DNA from: Chiloscyllium plagiosum | Lineage: Eukaryota | Direction: 5' to 3' | NCBI RefSeq assembly: GCF_004010195.1 | Contig: NC_057719.1 | Coordinates: forward strand, 55,334,374 to 55,398,373 | DNA: 64,000 bases | Shown here: piece by piece, positions 39,681 through 53,337 of the stretch | Layout of the letters: every line of letters starts with the position of its first letter | Numbering within the stretch: position 1 is the stretch's first letter | The notes under the pieces: model-generated | Databases searched by the model: none | What the model was told of the DNA's origin: nothing | What the model saw: only the letters and a program-made list of their open reading frames with translations | Program-made: the position numbers and the translations under genes

Positions 39681-41514
39681 AGCTCTTGAGCTTTTCTGTT
39701 CCATGGAATCATAGAATCCCCACAGTGTGAAAGCAGGCCATTTGGCCCATCACATTCACACCAACACTCCAAAAAGAATCCCAGCCAGACCAACCTCCCA
39801 CCCTAATCTGCAGCAGGTGGACCTTCATTAATGGGACACGGTGTTACCACCTTGAGACAACTTTGAGAGGTCATTGAGGCAGGTTGTCCTTTCAAACCCC
39901 AACGAGCGCCATCCCTAAATGCCACCTCCATGGGTCCTGCCAGCTTGGCTCCCAGTGAGATCCATAAACACATTTCCAAATCCTATTCAGCAACATATGC
40001 ACACTTCTTTCCTGAATAGCTAGATAACTGCCAGCATCTGACTGCCTGGCACTTCTCAAAGGTGGGACTTCCTGATCCAGAAGAGTAGCAGTCTCACCTC
40101 CAGCCCATTAATGGCAAATTCCTTCCTGCAAATTCTTCCCAAACTTTTTAGCTGGGAGGAGGCTGGAGAGGAATAGTATCAGGCAGCTTGTACAACTGAG
40201 CCTTACAAGTTTGTTTTCAAATAGGGTACAGGCTAAATTTAACACAGTGAAATTACATTTTTTTCAACAAAGTACAAAAATGAAGCAACTCGTATATCAA
40301 ACACATAACTTAAAGAAATGATATATTTGATCAGGTTATGTATGAGTATGAATAGCAATGCAATTGTTTTAAAAATCTATCCTGACAAGTGTTACCTCAC
40401 ATAAGGTATACGTCATTCAAAACTAATCGAATAAAATCTGAATGCTATGTTAAGTGTTACCAGATATCTCAAAACAAGAATTACACCAATTTATGGCAAT
40501 TAATGTAAATTCTCCAAATTATCTATATGAGCCATTTTTTACAAATAACTCAGACCAAACAGACATTCCATTCTGAAATAAGTATAAATTTGTTATTAAT
40601 AAGTTCAGATCATAAAATAGAAGATAAAAATCACTAAGTGGTTATGTATTTCCACTACTCTTCAACCCTATTTTCCTTCATTTTTTGTATTTTATTGTCA
40701 TGTCATTTATTTTCCCACTTCTTTCTTTGATATTCTCCATTTTTCTTATGTCTTTCCTTTTATTTTCCATTCTGGTAACAAATTCCAAGAAATGGCCCCA
40801 TTGGGAGCAATAAAGCCTTGTTTAAAGTGGAAATGATTATCATTTAGTATCATTATCAGCTCTAAATAAAGAATGCAAGGTGTAAATTATACTATACATC
40901 AGAGTTGATTGAACAATGTGCAAGTTCATCAATCCCTGTACCAATCAGCAACAGAACAATTTACAAATAATTTTAATTGCATTAGGCTCATTTTAATCAA
41001 AATGATTAATTTCACTTACACATCATACAAATGTGTTGGACGTCTCCCTAACTATATTACAAAAAAAAATTGTTGAGGCACTGGAGATAGGCATGAGGAA
41101 GAAAACAGTAGGACATTTTGACACAGGAAAGGAGAAAACTTATGTGGATCTTATGCAAAAGGTTTGACCACACACATTATAAACCGGTTGTGAATGAACT
41201 GGGGATGACACAAAAGATACTGACAATGATAAACTCAGGTTTGAGATTTCAAAACTTTCAGGAAAGGTGAAAGACTTTTTTTCTAAAAGGTATATAAACA
41301 TTTGAGTTATGATAATGAATAGGCAGCTGGTTTAAGAACATGCCTCGTTTGATTGTGGCCTCAATGACACAGTGATATTTCACCTTGATATCGTTTGTGT
41401 CCGTTGTTAGTCAAAAGAAGTCTGAGAAATTACCAAATTGAGGACTATATGATTATCTGTCCTACTGCCACACTCTAACTGACTATGTTTTTGTGGATTC
41501 ACCCTTCCTTCACT

Positions 41515-41810
41515 ATGGGCAGCAGTGTGACTCTTCTGAACCAGGAGGTGGTGGGTTCAAGTCCCACCCCATAGTTTGCACTGTATAAACTCAGTTGTTG
41601 CTTCAGTTCAATGCTAAGCTGCACAGCTTCTCATGGATGTGAACTTGGACCATGATCCCATCTCCCCTCTTGTGTGAAAGATTCTATAACACTATTTTGA
41701 AAAAAGAGCCAATGTCCAGGACAATGTCTACCACCAGGATCGTTAAAACTAGGTCACTGGTCATTGTCACACTGCCAGTTGTGGGATCTTGTGCACACAA
41801 TTTGGCAGCA
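41515..41810 (+). mobile_element. tRNA-headed SINE with Deu-domain-like core (SacSINE1/AmnSINE-like)
   Basis: B-box-like gggttcaagtccc, and ctggtcattgtcacactgcc…tgtgggatcttgtgcacacaatttggc resembling the Deu core. Confidence 0.5.
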
Positions 41811-41974
41811 AATTTTATAAAATGGGCATGCCTCATGTGATGATGGGCATGTCTCATGTTCCTTTCAGCTTGTACATCTACTGGTGATAGCATATTTGTC
41901 AGTGGCAGAAACAGGAATGTTGAAGTTTGAACTAATGATTCAGCAGCATGCCACTTCAAATACACCAAACGCTT

Positions 41975-42330
41975 CAGGGGCTTGATAGAGTAGATACGGA
42001 AAGGATGTTTACCCCTATGGGAGAGTCTAGGACCAGACGGCATAATCTCAGAGTAAGGGGGTCACATATTTAAGAAACAAATTAGGAGGAATTTCTTCTC
42101 TCAGGGGGTAGTGAATCTGTACAATTCTTTATCACACAGGGTTGTTGAGCTCATTCAGTATATTCACCTCTGAGAGAGACAGATTTTTCATCAGTGAGGA
42201 AATCAAGGGGTGTGGGGAAAGAGCAGCAGAGTGGAGTGGAGGGTTATCAGATTAGCTATCATCTCTTTGAATGAAGGAGCAGACTCAAAGGACTGAATGG
42301 CCTACTACTGTTCCTATGTCTTATGGTCTT
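41975..42330 (+). mobile_element. CR1 3' end
   Basis: …gagagtctaggaccagacggcataatctcagagtaagggg…aggaggaatttcttctctcag… followed by a 3'UTR ending ttcctatgtcttatg. Confidence 0.75.
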
Positions 42331-42350
42331 GATATGAATGTGTTTGAAAG

Positions 42351-43031
42351 GGTAGTAAAATAACTGCACAATCGCCAGTATCCCATCACTAAGACACCCT
42401 TTATTTACTTGTGCACTATACATTGGCTGTAGCCAGCCAGCTCGGAGTCAGGCGCCTGAACTGAGGAGATTCTAAATTCCCTGTTTAAATCCCAATCAAG
42501 CATCTCATAGTCAATGAGATCCACCTGGTTCCAATCACTACATCCCTCCCCATCCCTACGGCCAGAGATGTAGGCCTGGTCTTTCTCGTGTAGATTTTCC
42601 AGCAACATTTTCGCCCCAGGTCCGGTTCCTCTGCCTCAGACTCTGACATGGGCAGAATGTACCAGACTGTAGCCAGTATTTTGCATCTGGTGTGTCTTGG
42701 GAGAGTTGCTTCCTCTCCTTCCATTAGTAATCGTAATGAGGCTGCATCCATCTCGGACTCTGAGGTTTCTTCGACTCTAGACAGAGGGAGAAAACCCATA
42801 GTTTCTGACAAGCTGTTCTGAGGGGTCAAGTATCCCATCAACAAGTCACTGTTTATTTACATATGCACTGTACACTGGCTCGACCAGCCAGCTTGAGTCA
42901 GTCCCTGCAGTGAGGAGATTCTGAATCCCCTGTTTTTAATCTGTCAGCCTGGGTTCCCTGATTGGCCTAGGTTAATAACTCCAATCAAGGATTTCATAGT
43001 AAATAAAATATATCTGGTTACAATCTCTACA
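42351..43031 (-). mobile_element. Internally deleted Gypsy-type LTR element: two ~190-200 bp LTR copies around ~280 bp of 3' internal sequence with PPT
   Basis: Direct repeats ~42377-42542 and ~42828-43031, both ending …ctaca (TGTAG on minus). Polypurine tract (tccctcccc on +) at 42543-42551 abuts the left LTR. Confidence 0.65.
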
Positions 43032-43119
43032 AGTAGACAGAAAAAAAGCATCATTCCTGTAGAGTCTAAGACTGGAGATATAACTATAACAAAACTACAA
43101 GTAAAGTATCCAATAAAGC

Positions 43120-44685
43120 TAATGTGCCATTGTTTAGGAAAGGCGGAAAGGAAAAGCCAGAGAACTATAGATCAGTGAGTGTGACAGCAGTGTGTAAATT
43201 GTCAGAGGGGATTCTAAAAGGCAGAATTTGCATTCATTTGGAAAGGCAAGGACTGATTAGGGATAGTCAGTATGGCTTTGTGCATGCGAAATAATGTCTC
43301 TCAAATTTGATTGAGTTTTTTGAAGATGGTACCAAGAGGATTCATGAAGGCAGAGAGATAGACATTGTCTACATGGACTTTAGCAAGACTTTTTACAAGG
43401 TTCTGCATGGTACACTGGTTAGTAAGGTTAGATCACATGAGATCCAGAGAGATCTAGCCAATTGGATTCAAAATTGGCTTGGTAGAAGACAGGATGGTGG
43501 TGGAGCATTGTTATTCATCTTGGAGGACTGACACCACGGTGCACCACAAAGATTGATTCTGGGTCCACTGTTGTTCATCATTAATATCAACAATGTGGAA
43601 GAGAATATCGTGGGTATGGTTGGTAAGTTTGTGGATGACACAAAAATAGGTGGTATAGTGGACAGTGAAGGTTATCTCAGAGGACAGTGAAGGTTATCTT
43701 AGAGTACAATGAAATCTTGATCAGATGGGCCAATGAATTGAGAAGTGGGAGACGGCATTTAATTTAGATAAATGCGAGATGTTGCATTTTCATAAGGCAA
43801 ATCAGAACAGGACTTATACATTTAATGGCCCGGTCCTGGGGAGTGTTCCCAAACAGAGATCTTAGGGTGCACATCCGCAGTTCCTTGAAAGTGGTATCGC
43901 AGGTAGACAGGATGGTGAAGAAGGCATTTAATATGTTTGCCTTCATTGGGCAGAGCATTGATTATAGGTGAAAGTGAGGATTGCAGATGCTGGAGATCAG
44001 AGTCGAGATTAGAGTGGTGATGGATTCCTGATAAAGGGCTTTTGCCCGAAACATCGATTCTCCTGCTCTCAGATGCTGCCTGACCTGCTGTGCTTTTCCA
44101 GCACCACTCTAATCTAGACATTGATTATAGGTGTTGAGATATTATGTTGCAGCTGTTCAAGACACTGGTATTGCCACTTTTAGAACACTCTGTATAATTC
44201 TTCTTGCCCTGCTACAGGAAGAATGTTCTTAAACTAGAAAAGGCACTGAAAAAATTGACAAGGATATTGCTGGGACTGGAGAGTTTGAGTTATAAGGAGA
44301 GACTGAATAGGTAGGAATTTGTTTCTCTGCAGCATTGGAGGCTGACAGGTGACCTTTATAGAGGTTTATAAAATCATGAGGGGCATAGATAAGGCAAATA
44401 GCCAATGTCTTTTTCCCAGGGTAAGAGAGTCCAAAACTAGAGGGCATAGGTTGAAGGTGAGAGGTGAAAGATTTAAAAGGAACCTAAGGGGCAACATTTT
44501 CATGCAAAGGATGGTGTGTGTATGTAAGTAGTAAAGATGCATCCAATTACAACATCTAAAAGATGTTTAGACAGGTACGTGATTGGGAAAGGTTTAGAGA
44601 GATTTGGGCTAAATGCAGGCAAATGAGATGATCAGTTTACAATACCTGGTTGACATGGACAAGTTGGACCAAAGGGTCTGTTCAC
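43120..44685 (+). mobile_element. 5'-truncated CR1 ORF2 (RT) pseudogene, interrupted by a PLE hairpin insertion
   Basis: DIVYMDFSKTFYKV, KFVDDTKIGG and EVYKIMRGIDK…RGHRLKVRG. Many stops. Confidence 0.88.
43971..44118. mobile_element. Short PLE terminal-repeat insertion (partial inverted arm) with 15-bp TSD
   Basis: TSD cattgattataggtg at 43956-43970 and 44119-44133. Decayed core ctgataa…gaaacatc at 44028-44055. Confidence 0.85.
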
Positions 44686-45225
44686 AGTTCAAGTCGATAT
44701 GCAGCATAAGCTGGACAACATTCAAGTTCAGTCTGCGCAGCACTTAATGATCACATCACATAAGTGTTATCACAAGCAGGAGAGAATCAAACCTCTGCTC
44801 TTGACATTTGCTCATTGCCATATTGAATCCCCATCTTTAACTTCACTCACGGAGTTCATATATTTTCACCTCCAGCCAATTGCTCCTACAGATCCTTGTT
44901 TGCTCATGGAATCTGTAACTGGCAAAGGTAACTACTCTTGAAGCTCTTTCTAGATCACTCTGCCTTTTCTGCACTTCTTACAATGTCTGAAGTAATGTCT
45001 GGAATGTTGTTTCTCTTTTGTTGCTTTTCCACAAGTTCTTGCTGGTTGCTTGGTATGAGAAGTTCTTAAAGTCGCAATATCTTCAAAGGTGTAAATTCAC
45101 TTAGAAATTTGTTTGGATTAGATTGTAACTTGTGGGTCTAAACACTGATACCCACCGCTGGTCACCTTGTAGAGTTTGCCACCATTCCTTTGCCTTAATT
45201 GGGACACTTTGGTGTCCCATAGTAA

Positions 45226-45556
45226 GGGCAGCATGGTGGCTCAGTGGTTAGCACTGCTACCTCACAGCGACAAGGACCTGGGTTCAATTCCTACCTCAGG
45301 TGACTGTCTGTGTGGAGTTTGCACATTCTCCCCGTGTCTGCGTGGGTTCCCTCCGGGTGTTCCAGTTTCCTCCCCCCCGTCCAAAGATGTGCAGGTTAGG
45401 TGAATTGGCCACGCTAAACTGCCCATAGCGTTAGGTGCATTAGCCAGGGTTAAATATAGGGTAGGGAATGAGTCTAGGTGGGTTACACTTTGGAGGGTTG
45501 GTGTGGACTTGTTGGGCCAAATGGCCTGTTTCCATACTGTAGGGAATCTAATCTAA
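45226..45556 (+). mobile_element. Full-length HE1-like V-SINE (tRNA-derived, CR1-like tail)
   Basis: Pol III A box TGGCTCAGTGG at 45237-45247 and B box GGTTCAATTCC at 45281-45291. V-domain-like core gtgtggagtttgcacattctccccgtgtctgcgtggg. (AATCT)n tail. Confidence 0.88.
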
Positions 45557-46089
45557 ATGAACAGCCATTTATAAGTCACAAAAAGAAATGGCTCACCTTA
45601 ACAAGATGTAGTTTATAACATGATAGCAATCCAGTACAAGTTACTTTCACTGCGTAGACAGCGTTATTAAATCAATTTGGAGACACAGTTGGCACAGCTA
45701 TCCTCTTAGAGTTCAAAACTATTCTAGTTTCTCCATCCAAGAATGCATTATATCATCAGATGAAGTACAGATTAAGCTAGTTTTTAATTAAACAAATGTT
45801 AACCATTTCAGTTTCAATACTGTATGCAACAGTAATATAAGAAAAATAAATGCTTATTTTTACTGAACAATCACTTAAGTAAAAGATGGTATGTTTGTTT
45901 ATGTATGAAACCACATCAGTCAAATTTCATCTTAATAGGTGTAAAACTGTTTCCTTATCCTGAAATTGTCATGATATTTTCATTCTTTTTTCAAATTAGT
46001 TTGAGGCAATTGTTTTTAAAAAAATGTGTTGGAAGGGACAATTAATAGTTCTATCGAACGGCATATACTCACCAATAACCTACTCATTA

Positions 46090-46228
46090 ATTAAAAACTG
46101 AAAAAAATGTGGATGCTGTAAATCAGAAACTAAAACAGAAATTGCCTGAAAAGTTCAGCAGGTCTGGCAACATCTGTGTGGAGCCAAATCAGAGTTAGTG
46201 TTTGGAGTCTGGTCACTGTTTTTGTTCC
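46090..46228. mobile_element. Decayed PLE-type terminal fragment (second subfamily)
   Basis: gatgctgtaaatcagaaac…ttcagcaggtctggcaacatctgtg…, similar to 38812-38910. Confidence 0.5.
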
Positions 46229-46264
46229 TACTCACTTAGATCTTCCAGGACCACTCAGCTCCTG

Positions 46265-47350
46265 ACCTTCTTCTAGCAAATATGGACAAAGGAGCTGAAT
46301 TCCAGGAGGATGGTGAGAATGACTGCTCTTGACGTGAAGGCAACATTCAATAAGCAGAGCATCAAGGAGCTCCAGCAAAACTGGAATCAATGGGAATCAG
46401 GCAAAATCTCTCCATTGGTTGGAGTCATACTTAGCTCTAAGGACAATAGTTGTTATCATTGAAAGTTCAGTCATCTTAGTCCCAGCATATCAGTGCAGGA
46501 GTTACTTAGGAAAGTGTTCTGGCCCATGCCACCTTCGGCTTCATCATAAGATCAAAAGCGAGAATTTTTGTTAATGATTACACAATATTTAGCACCATTT
46601 GTGATTCTTCAAATGCTGAAATAACAAGACCTGGACAACATTCAGGCTTGAATTGATAAGCAGAAAGTAACATTTATGCCACATGAGTGCCAGGCTATGA
46701 CCGTCTTCATCAAGAGATAATCTAGCCATCTTCCTTTGACATCCATCATTTACATTGCCAACACTGACTCCCCCATAATCAACATTCTGAGGATTACCAT
46801 TGACCAGAAACTGAACTAGACTAACCATTCAAATATACTGATTACAAGAGCAAATCAGACGCTAGGCATTCTGCAGTAAGTAACTCACCTCCTAACTCCT
46901 CAAACCATGTCTATCATCAACAAGACACAAGTCAGGGGTGTACTGAAATATTCACCATCTGCCTGGATGAAGGTAGCTCCAACAACATTCACAAAATGTG
47001 GCACCATCCAGAACAAGCAGCCCACTTACTTAGCACCCACTTCAACACTTTCAACATTCATTCCCTCGACCAATGTCATTCAGTGGTAGCAGTGTGTACT
47101 ATCTACAAGATGAACTGAAGCAATTCACCCAGGATCCTTTGATAGCGCCTTCTAAACCTTCAACCTCTATCACCTAGAACAATAAAAGCACCATATGCAT
47201 GAGAACACTTCCACCTACCTCCAAGCAACATGCCATCCTGATTATGACCTGCACCACTGTTTTTTCACTGTTGCTTGGTCAAAATCATGGAAATCCCACC
47301 CTAACAAGTCTGTGACTTTACCTGCATCCCATGGACTACTGCAGTTCAAA
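46265..47350 (+). mobile_element. Old CR1/L2-clade LINE RT fragment
   Basis: LDVKATF, G(V)..GSVL.P-like (gcaggagttacttaggaaagtgttctggccc), DLDNIQA and QVRGVLKYSP.AW motifs. Heavily decayed. Confidence 0.65.
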
Positions 47351-50300
47351 ATTGTAGGGACAAAGAATCAAATGTGGATAGATATGGCACATTCAAGAGT
47401 AGGTTTAGGGTGAGGAAGGAAAATAGTTATATATGAAATGAGGGTCAGAGAATTACACGAAGGGACACAAAGGAAAACAAAACCTCGGAATGTACCAACA
47501 ATCAAGACACAATGATACAAAGATAAAAAGATGAATATTGCTCAGCACTGCATCAAAGTTAGCCATCCAGGGAGGTATGTAAATTCATGTTTAATTAACT
47601 GTGTTTTACGCTAAGAAATCTAAAACAATTAGTCTCCCTCGAAAATTGATCATGTTATTAGAAGAAAAACTTAGGCAATCAACAATCATTCACTTTGCTT
47701 TTCTAATTAGTTAAACCAGTGAAGAGATGAAGTTGTAATATGGAGTTTGACTTTGCTAATAAGCGCCTTGGTTCCTCCTCAGTGATTGATGTCCATCACA
47801 ATCAGACAATGCCCTTCTCACTTAATTTTGGCACCAAAAGTAATTAAGGATCTTGAAGTATTTTTTTTTTAAATGTTAATGTTGAAAATGATGCCAAGGC
47901 TGTTCATGAAAATGCAACTTGGATGCTGGAAAGAAATGGGTTCAAGGAGAGGCTAATATAGAGCATAATTGGAGATCAAATATGATGGATAGATTGAAAC
48001 AAGTCCACTGCCCAGGACTCAGATGGCCAAAAGCACAGCCAGCAATAGTACAATAAATGAAGTGGAGAATGTGTATTTAGTTAAACCATTTGTTTGGATG
48101 CCCGTTTTTGCAGTCAAGCATAAATGCAAGAAATATGAGCTAATCAATTTGTTTAAATAATTCACAAGCAGTAGAATATTTATCTGCCACAAATATTGTT
48201 TTCTGAGGGAAAATTTAGGAAATTCCTAACTAGCTCATGGCTAAATTTGTGCAGTTAAATCCCTGATGCAAAGTCAGAGAAATTACAAAATTCACAAAAT
48301 ATAAACCGTTTCACTTCAAAAACTAACTAAAAATATTATGGAAATTGAGTATTCAAGGAGAGATAGAGATTAATTAAACATAAAAAATATCGCAAATTGC
48401 TACATATTGCTTTCTGCTTCTGCGATCTCTATGAGGAAAACCAAAATAAAGGATAATGAAATGGTTATTGAATGCCAGAAAGATTTTGACAAATTGCGCT
48501 ACCTTGCTACATCAGTTTAGATACAATTAGCAAGTCAAGTTTGACATATTTTTCTGGAAACACTGAAGTGTAAGTCAATCTGGTTGAACAAGTTTGAATC
48601 CAAACTACTTTTTTCTATTCAGCCCACACTGATCAAGTTATTTTTAAACTCGAGTAGAGTACAGAAATTAGAACTTGCAGAATGCCTGTACAAATTATAG
48701 GTCTAAACAGCAAGTTTTACGAATGCAGTCAGATTGTTTGTTATTCATAGTATCATTTATTTATTGTGTAGAGATTGTCATGGTTTTTAATGAAGATTGC
48801 TATTTGTGTTGATGGGTATACTTCCAGTGGAAGGAAATTTAAATATCCTCCGACTGGTGAATATTGTTCATACAGCAATTATAATCAAACTGGTTCATAT
48901 TCCATACTTTTAGTGCCCTACAATTATTATAATACCCACTATGATTTTCACGTAAATTGTGGTCTAATTTATAAATAGGACACCAAAGCTACTTTAATAA
49001 ACTACTGTTGAGGTGTAGACCTAGGAAGCCTCATGCAGAAAAAGTTGTCAGACCAGAGGCAAAGGTCTTTCCAAGGTCATTTAAAAAAAAATGCCTCGCA
49101 CTATGCCAGAAGGTCCAACAATTCTCCTGAACTACCCACAAGGACATTTAGGTTGCTGCCAATGCCAATATTCATAACACCTTACCTGACCCTGTGACTT
49201 ACCATCATATTGTCAAATATTCTGTTTGCTCAAATCCAGGTAACTATCTCTGAACACCTACATATCCTGTAACCTCAGTAGATCCCTTTAAATAGGACTC
49301 TGCTGTGATTGGAACATCCTCTCACTGCATCTCCTGAACTGTTAAACATCAATAGATCTGCAAGATCTTTCTACAGTTGGGTTTTTTCATCACTAAAACA
49401 TTTATTGCAGCAACAAATGAAGTAAAAGCTACATCTTACATCACAATATCTGTGTGTTCCTTTGTCAGTGTTTGACCAGGAGATTTACGGTAAAACTAGG
49501 GAGGGAGGGAGTGAAATTTGCCTTGGTTAATAATTGAAGACAGGCTATAAAACACTCTCAATTTTTTTTTCTATTGAAGCCGATCAGAATAACATTCGGA
49601 GGATGTGTGCTGCTGATTCACACAATAGCCCTGGACTAATTTCACCACCTCCATGCCAAAAGATTCTAACAACTCAAATATTATTCCTGTTCAGGTATGA
49701 CCTTTGGGGAAACAAGTACTGCTTCTGCTCTCGAAAGAAAATAAATCCCTTTGTGACAACAATTCTACCAATATTCTCTCAAAGGAGGTCTACACATGAA
49801 CTCCTGAACAAATGAGATAGTTTGAGGTTCACATGGGAACTAACAATGTAGCAAATGGAACAGTTGTAAGGACATGGTTAACATTAGTTTTTGAATGCTA
49901 GCCAGGATTCCATATATTCGCACATGGAAATGAATGGTGCAATCAAGTGTGAAAGGTATCATCTGTAATATTTTGATCAGCTGTCATTGTTTGATGGAGA
50001 TTCATAACCATCTGCAATGCAGAATTCGTCAAATCAACCTCTTAGGTCACTCAACTAAACAAGGCACAAATATGAAATCAGCCAGAAAGTTAAAAATCAG
50101 AAAATAATTTTCTTGGTCAATTAAGAATTAAGAATGGATCATTGTAATATGTGGCACCTTATTAAATAATTCATGAGGAGTAATTTAACAGTAATTAAAT
50201 TAATTAATTCCTCACAGTGCATTGCACCAACTTTACCCAAATGGAAACTATGTTTTCCCTGCTAATGGTCGAGCTAAGTATAATTTTTGGTTAGCACTAC

Positions 50301-50879
50301 CTTTGTGCTAAGAAAGGGGCCAAACAACATTGTTTTGAGAGCACATGGTGCAGCCAGTATTCAGTTTTTAAAGACAGTTTATCCCTTTAAAAAGGAAAAC
50401 AGCAGAATTTAAAACATGAAACCTGAAACACCAGGGCCTAGACTCATTCCAAAATTACCGATGTAGTTCTAAAGCTATTAATAATACAGATGGGCAAGGC
50501 AAGAGATGACATGGTTCCACAGGGGACAAGAGGTCTCAGGGCGAAAGAATAGATGAACAGGGAGTTACCTCCAGGTATCTGTCTTGAAGAACTGATAGGG
50601 TTGTAATGAGAAGTCTACTGGTCAATCTTGGCCAGTACATTTTCACATGATATTTTCTGCCCACCACATCACCAACCTGTCATTTTCCTCAATGCCCTAC
50701 ATTTCATCACACAGCCAGCAGCAGACGCTGGAAGTCAGGGATTAACCGTAAATTCAGATATTCTCTTCACCCTCTCATAGCAATCAATGCTGTCTTTCTC
50801 ACATTCACCTCTCACTGTCTCCAAATACCTCCAGCTATTTAACCATGGTATTTATAACACTCTAACATTGTCTGCACAC

Positions 50880-51060
50880 TTATTGGCATTTTGTTCTATC
50901 TATTTCAGGGTGTCACATGATGTACGACAGCAGAACAGAGACAATGGGGGACAAAGCTCTCTGCATCACCTGGGCTCTACTGAGGAGTTTGATCTCAGTA
51001 CCATGGAACTGACTGTGATGAAGCCCTTATAATCTGGCATCACTGAGAGCATTGATGTTG
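50880..51060 (+). mobile_element. Harbinger Myb/SANT-ORF second-exon remnant (tentative)
   Basis: After tttcag reads VSHDVRQQNRDNGGQSSLHHLGSTEEFDLS, similar to the peptide at 9221. Confidence 0.35.
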
Positions 51061-51474
51061 ATGGTGTGGTTCCTGCTTTATTTCTCTTCTACTAATATCA
51101 GTTCAGGTTTATGCAGTGCATTTACCTTCAAGACTATTATACATGTGGGATAAGCACATGGTGAGCCAACAGTGGCTGCAACCAGACCAGAAAAAAAGGA
51201 TAGCTCATTTGTTCATTCACCAGGCAGTGAGAGTATAGAAGTGTTCTGCTGCAGAGTACACAAATGTGTATTCAATCAATGTGTACACAAGAGAGCATGC
51301 ACACTAATATCCTGAGTGTATTGACTGGCCAGATAGAGGCCTCCTGTCACTGTTAAGGAACATGAAGGAATCCAACTCCAAATTGTCGAAAGGTTTGTCC
51401 TTCCAACAGTTTATATTCCATTCTCCTGTCATTCTGCAGACATTGCTAATGCTGCCCTTGTACCTATTGAAGTT

Positions 51475-51729
51475 TTGCTCCACCATCCTCTCCAACCTAT
51501 CACTTTCACCCCACCTTCATCTACTTATCACATTCCCAGCTACCTTCCCCCCAGCCCCACCACCCTTCCCATTTAGCTCTCAGCCCCCTCACCCAGATAA
51601 CTCATTCCTGATGAAGGGCTTGTGCCCAAAAAGTCAACTCTCCTGCTTCTCAGATGCTGCCTGACCTGCTGTGCTTTTCCAGCGCCACACTCTTCATCTC
51701 TCCAGCATCTGTAGTCCTCACTTTCTTCA
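51475..51729 (+). mobile_element. PLE 3' terminal repeat with decayed hammerhead core
   Basis: ctgatgaagggcttgtgcccaaaaagtc from 51608. Probable TSD attgaagtt at 51466-51474 and 51730-51738. Confidence 0.75.
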
Positions 51730-53098
51730 ATTGAAGTTATTGTGTGAAAAGGTCGTCTGCTGCTCTGCCTTACCAGAGAGGATGCAGCAATACACTCCAG
51801 CAGCCCACAAACTCACCACAGCACCTTTGAAAGCACTCCAGACCAATTTCTGATACACTCTAATGAGAAATATTCTTAAAAATGACCTTACCTGCAATTC
51901 AGGTGCTTGGCCGTTAAAGGAAGGGTATTAAAGTTTTTTTTTCTGAAGAGTGATACCTAAATTAGATACCTGGACATTTATAGTAAAATTAGGTGCTGAA
52001 GTTATGCCATTTGATTGAGCTATGTGATGTTAAGGTAGCACTTCTTCACAGCCTTCCAAACTACATTACAGATGTCCATCTGTCAAAGGATTTCTTATCT
52101 TCACCATTCATTAGAGATTCAGCAACAGCTAAAAATGCTTACAGCTTTTATGCTTGCCTTCAAGGCTTTGAATCTGATCAATAGATTGCTGGATATTGCT
52201 TTAAAAAATTAAGTTAAAGACAAGTGAAGCTGAAGTGCAGCACAAACCACAAAACTTACAACCTCCATAGCATTGATTAATATTAGATTATAAAATGTAC
52301 ACCCTTATGGGGCATGACTAGCCAGTAAGCCTGCAGTAGAATCAATGAATTAAGAGCTCAGAGGGTGTATGTTTTTAATGTTTGAAGAGATTTCACAAAT
52401 ATAGCCAGTACAATGTCAATATATCTGAAGTCTACCTTTAATACTGAATTCAATAGGGCTTTTCTCTGTTGGCACTGCTGCATTATTGACAGAAAGCATA
52501 TCGAAATGTTGACCTAGGTCAACATGCTGAATAGAAACCAACTTAGCAGGAGAGTACGAACACTGAAGTAATAGGTCCATGGAGCTCGGTGGCATTGATG
52601 AAAGAAATTTTCTGCTTCTTCAGTGTTTCTTGAAGGGCTGGTCTCAAGGTTGCTTGGCTCCTACTTATGACTCAAAACACCACAGGGAGAAGCAGAGAAA
52701 AGTGTAGAAATTTATATAGTGATGTTGTCAATTGATGGATATCTTTTCCGGCAACAGAATACTCTTGTAATCACTATTGTAACATAGGAGGTGCAATAAG
52801 AGAGCTGAGCACAGTTGTGTTTTGGGGCTTCCAGATAAGCAGAGATGGTATGAAGTTTTATTCAACGCTTTAATGTCTTTTCTCATGCTTCTAACTACTA
52901 GCCTACATTTTGGTTTCTTTTCTCAAGTGCCAAACCCAAGCATAATTAATCATCACGGCAAACAGTCAACAGATATACATAATCAAATGCCAAACAACTG
53001 AACATTACCTTGTTTCACCCTTGTCACACTAAAACCTTATTTTTAAATTAAACCATTCTAAGCAACAGATGTACGCACATTGCATCATTTCTTAAGAG

Positions 53099-53337
53099 GA
53101 GTAAGTGAGGTCTGCAGATGCTGGAGATCAGAGATGGAAATGTGTTGCTGGAAAAGCGCAGCAGGTCAGGCAGCATCCAGGGAACAGGAGAATCGACGTT
53201 TCGGGCATTAGCCCTTCTTCAGGAATGAGGAAGAAGGGCTAATTCCTGAAGAAGGGCTAATGCCCGAAACGTCGATTCTCCTGTTCCCTGGATGCTGCCT
53301 GACCTGCTGCGCTTTTCCAGCAACACATTTCCATCTC
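53099..53337. mobile_element. Young PLE-derived hairpin insertion: perfect ~97-bp inverted repeat with two intact hammerhead cores and a 14-bp TSD
   Basis: Arms 53130-53226 and 53242-53338 are exact reverse complements. Cores at 53195-53222 (-) and 53246-53273 (+). TSD tcatttcttaagag at 53085-53098 and 53338-53351. Confidence 0.92.
53246..53273 (+). ncRNA. Minimal type-I hammerhead ribozyme motif (putative)
   Basis: CUGAAGA-A-GGGC-UAAU-GCCC-GAAA-CGUC: conserved boxes CUGANGA and GAAA, a 4-bp stem II, a palindromic ACGU stem III and a GUC cleavage triplet. Stem I is weak. Confidence 0.65.

Noticed and set aside
45226..45300. tRNA gene
   Set aside because: The A/B boxes continue directly into a V-SINE body and tail, so this is a SINE head.
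47711..47840. Plus-strand exon after the ttttctaattag acceptor-like site
   Set aside because: Stops occur in all three frames shortly after the acceptor.
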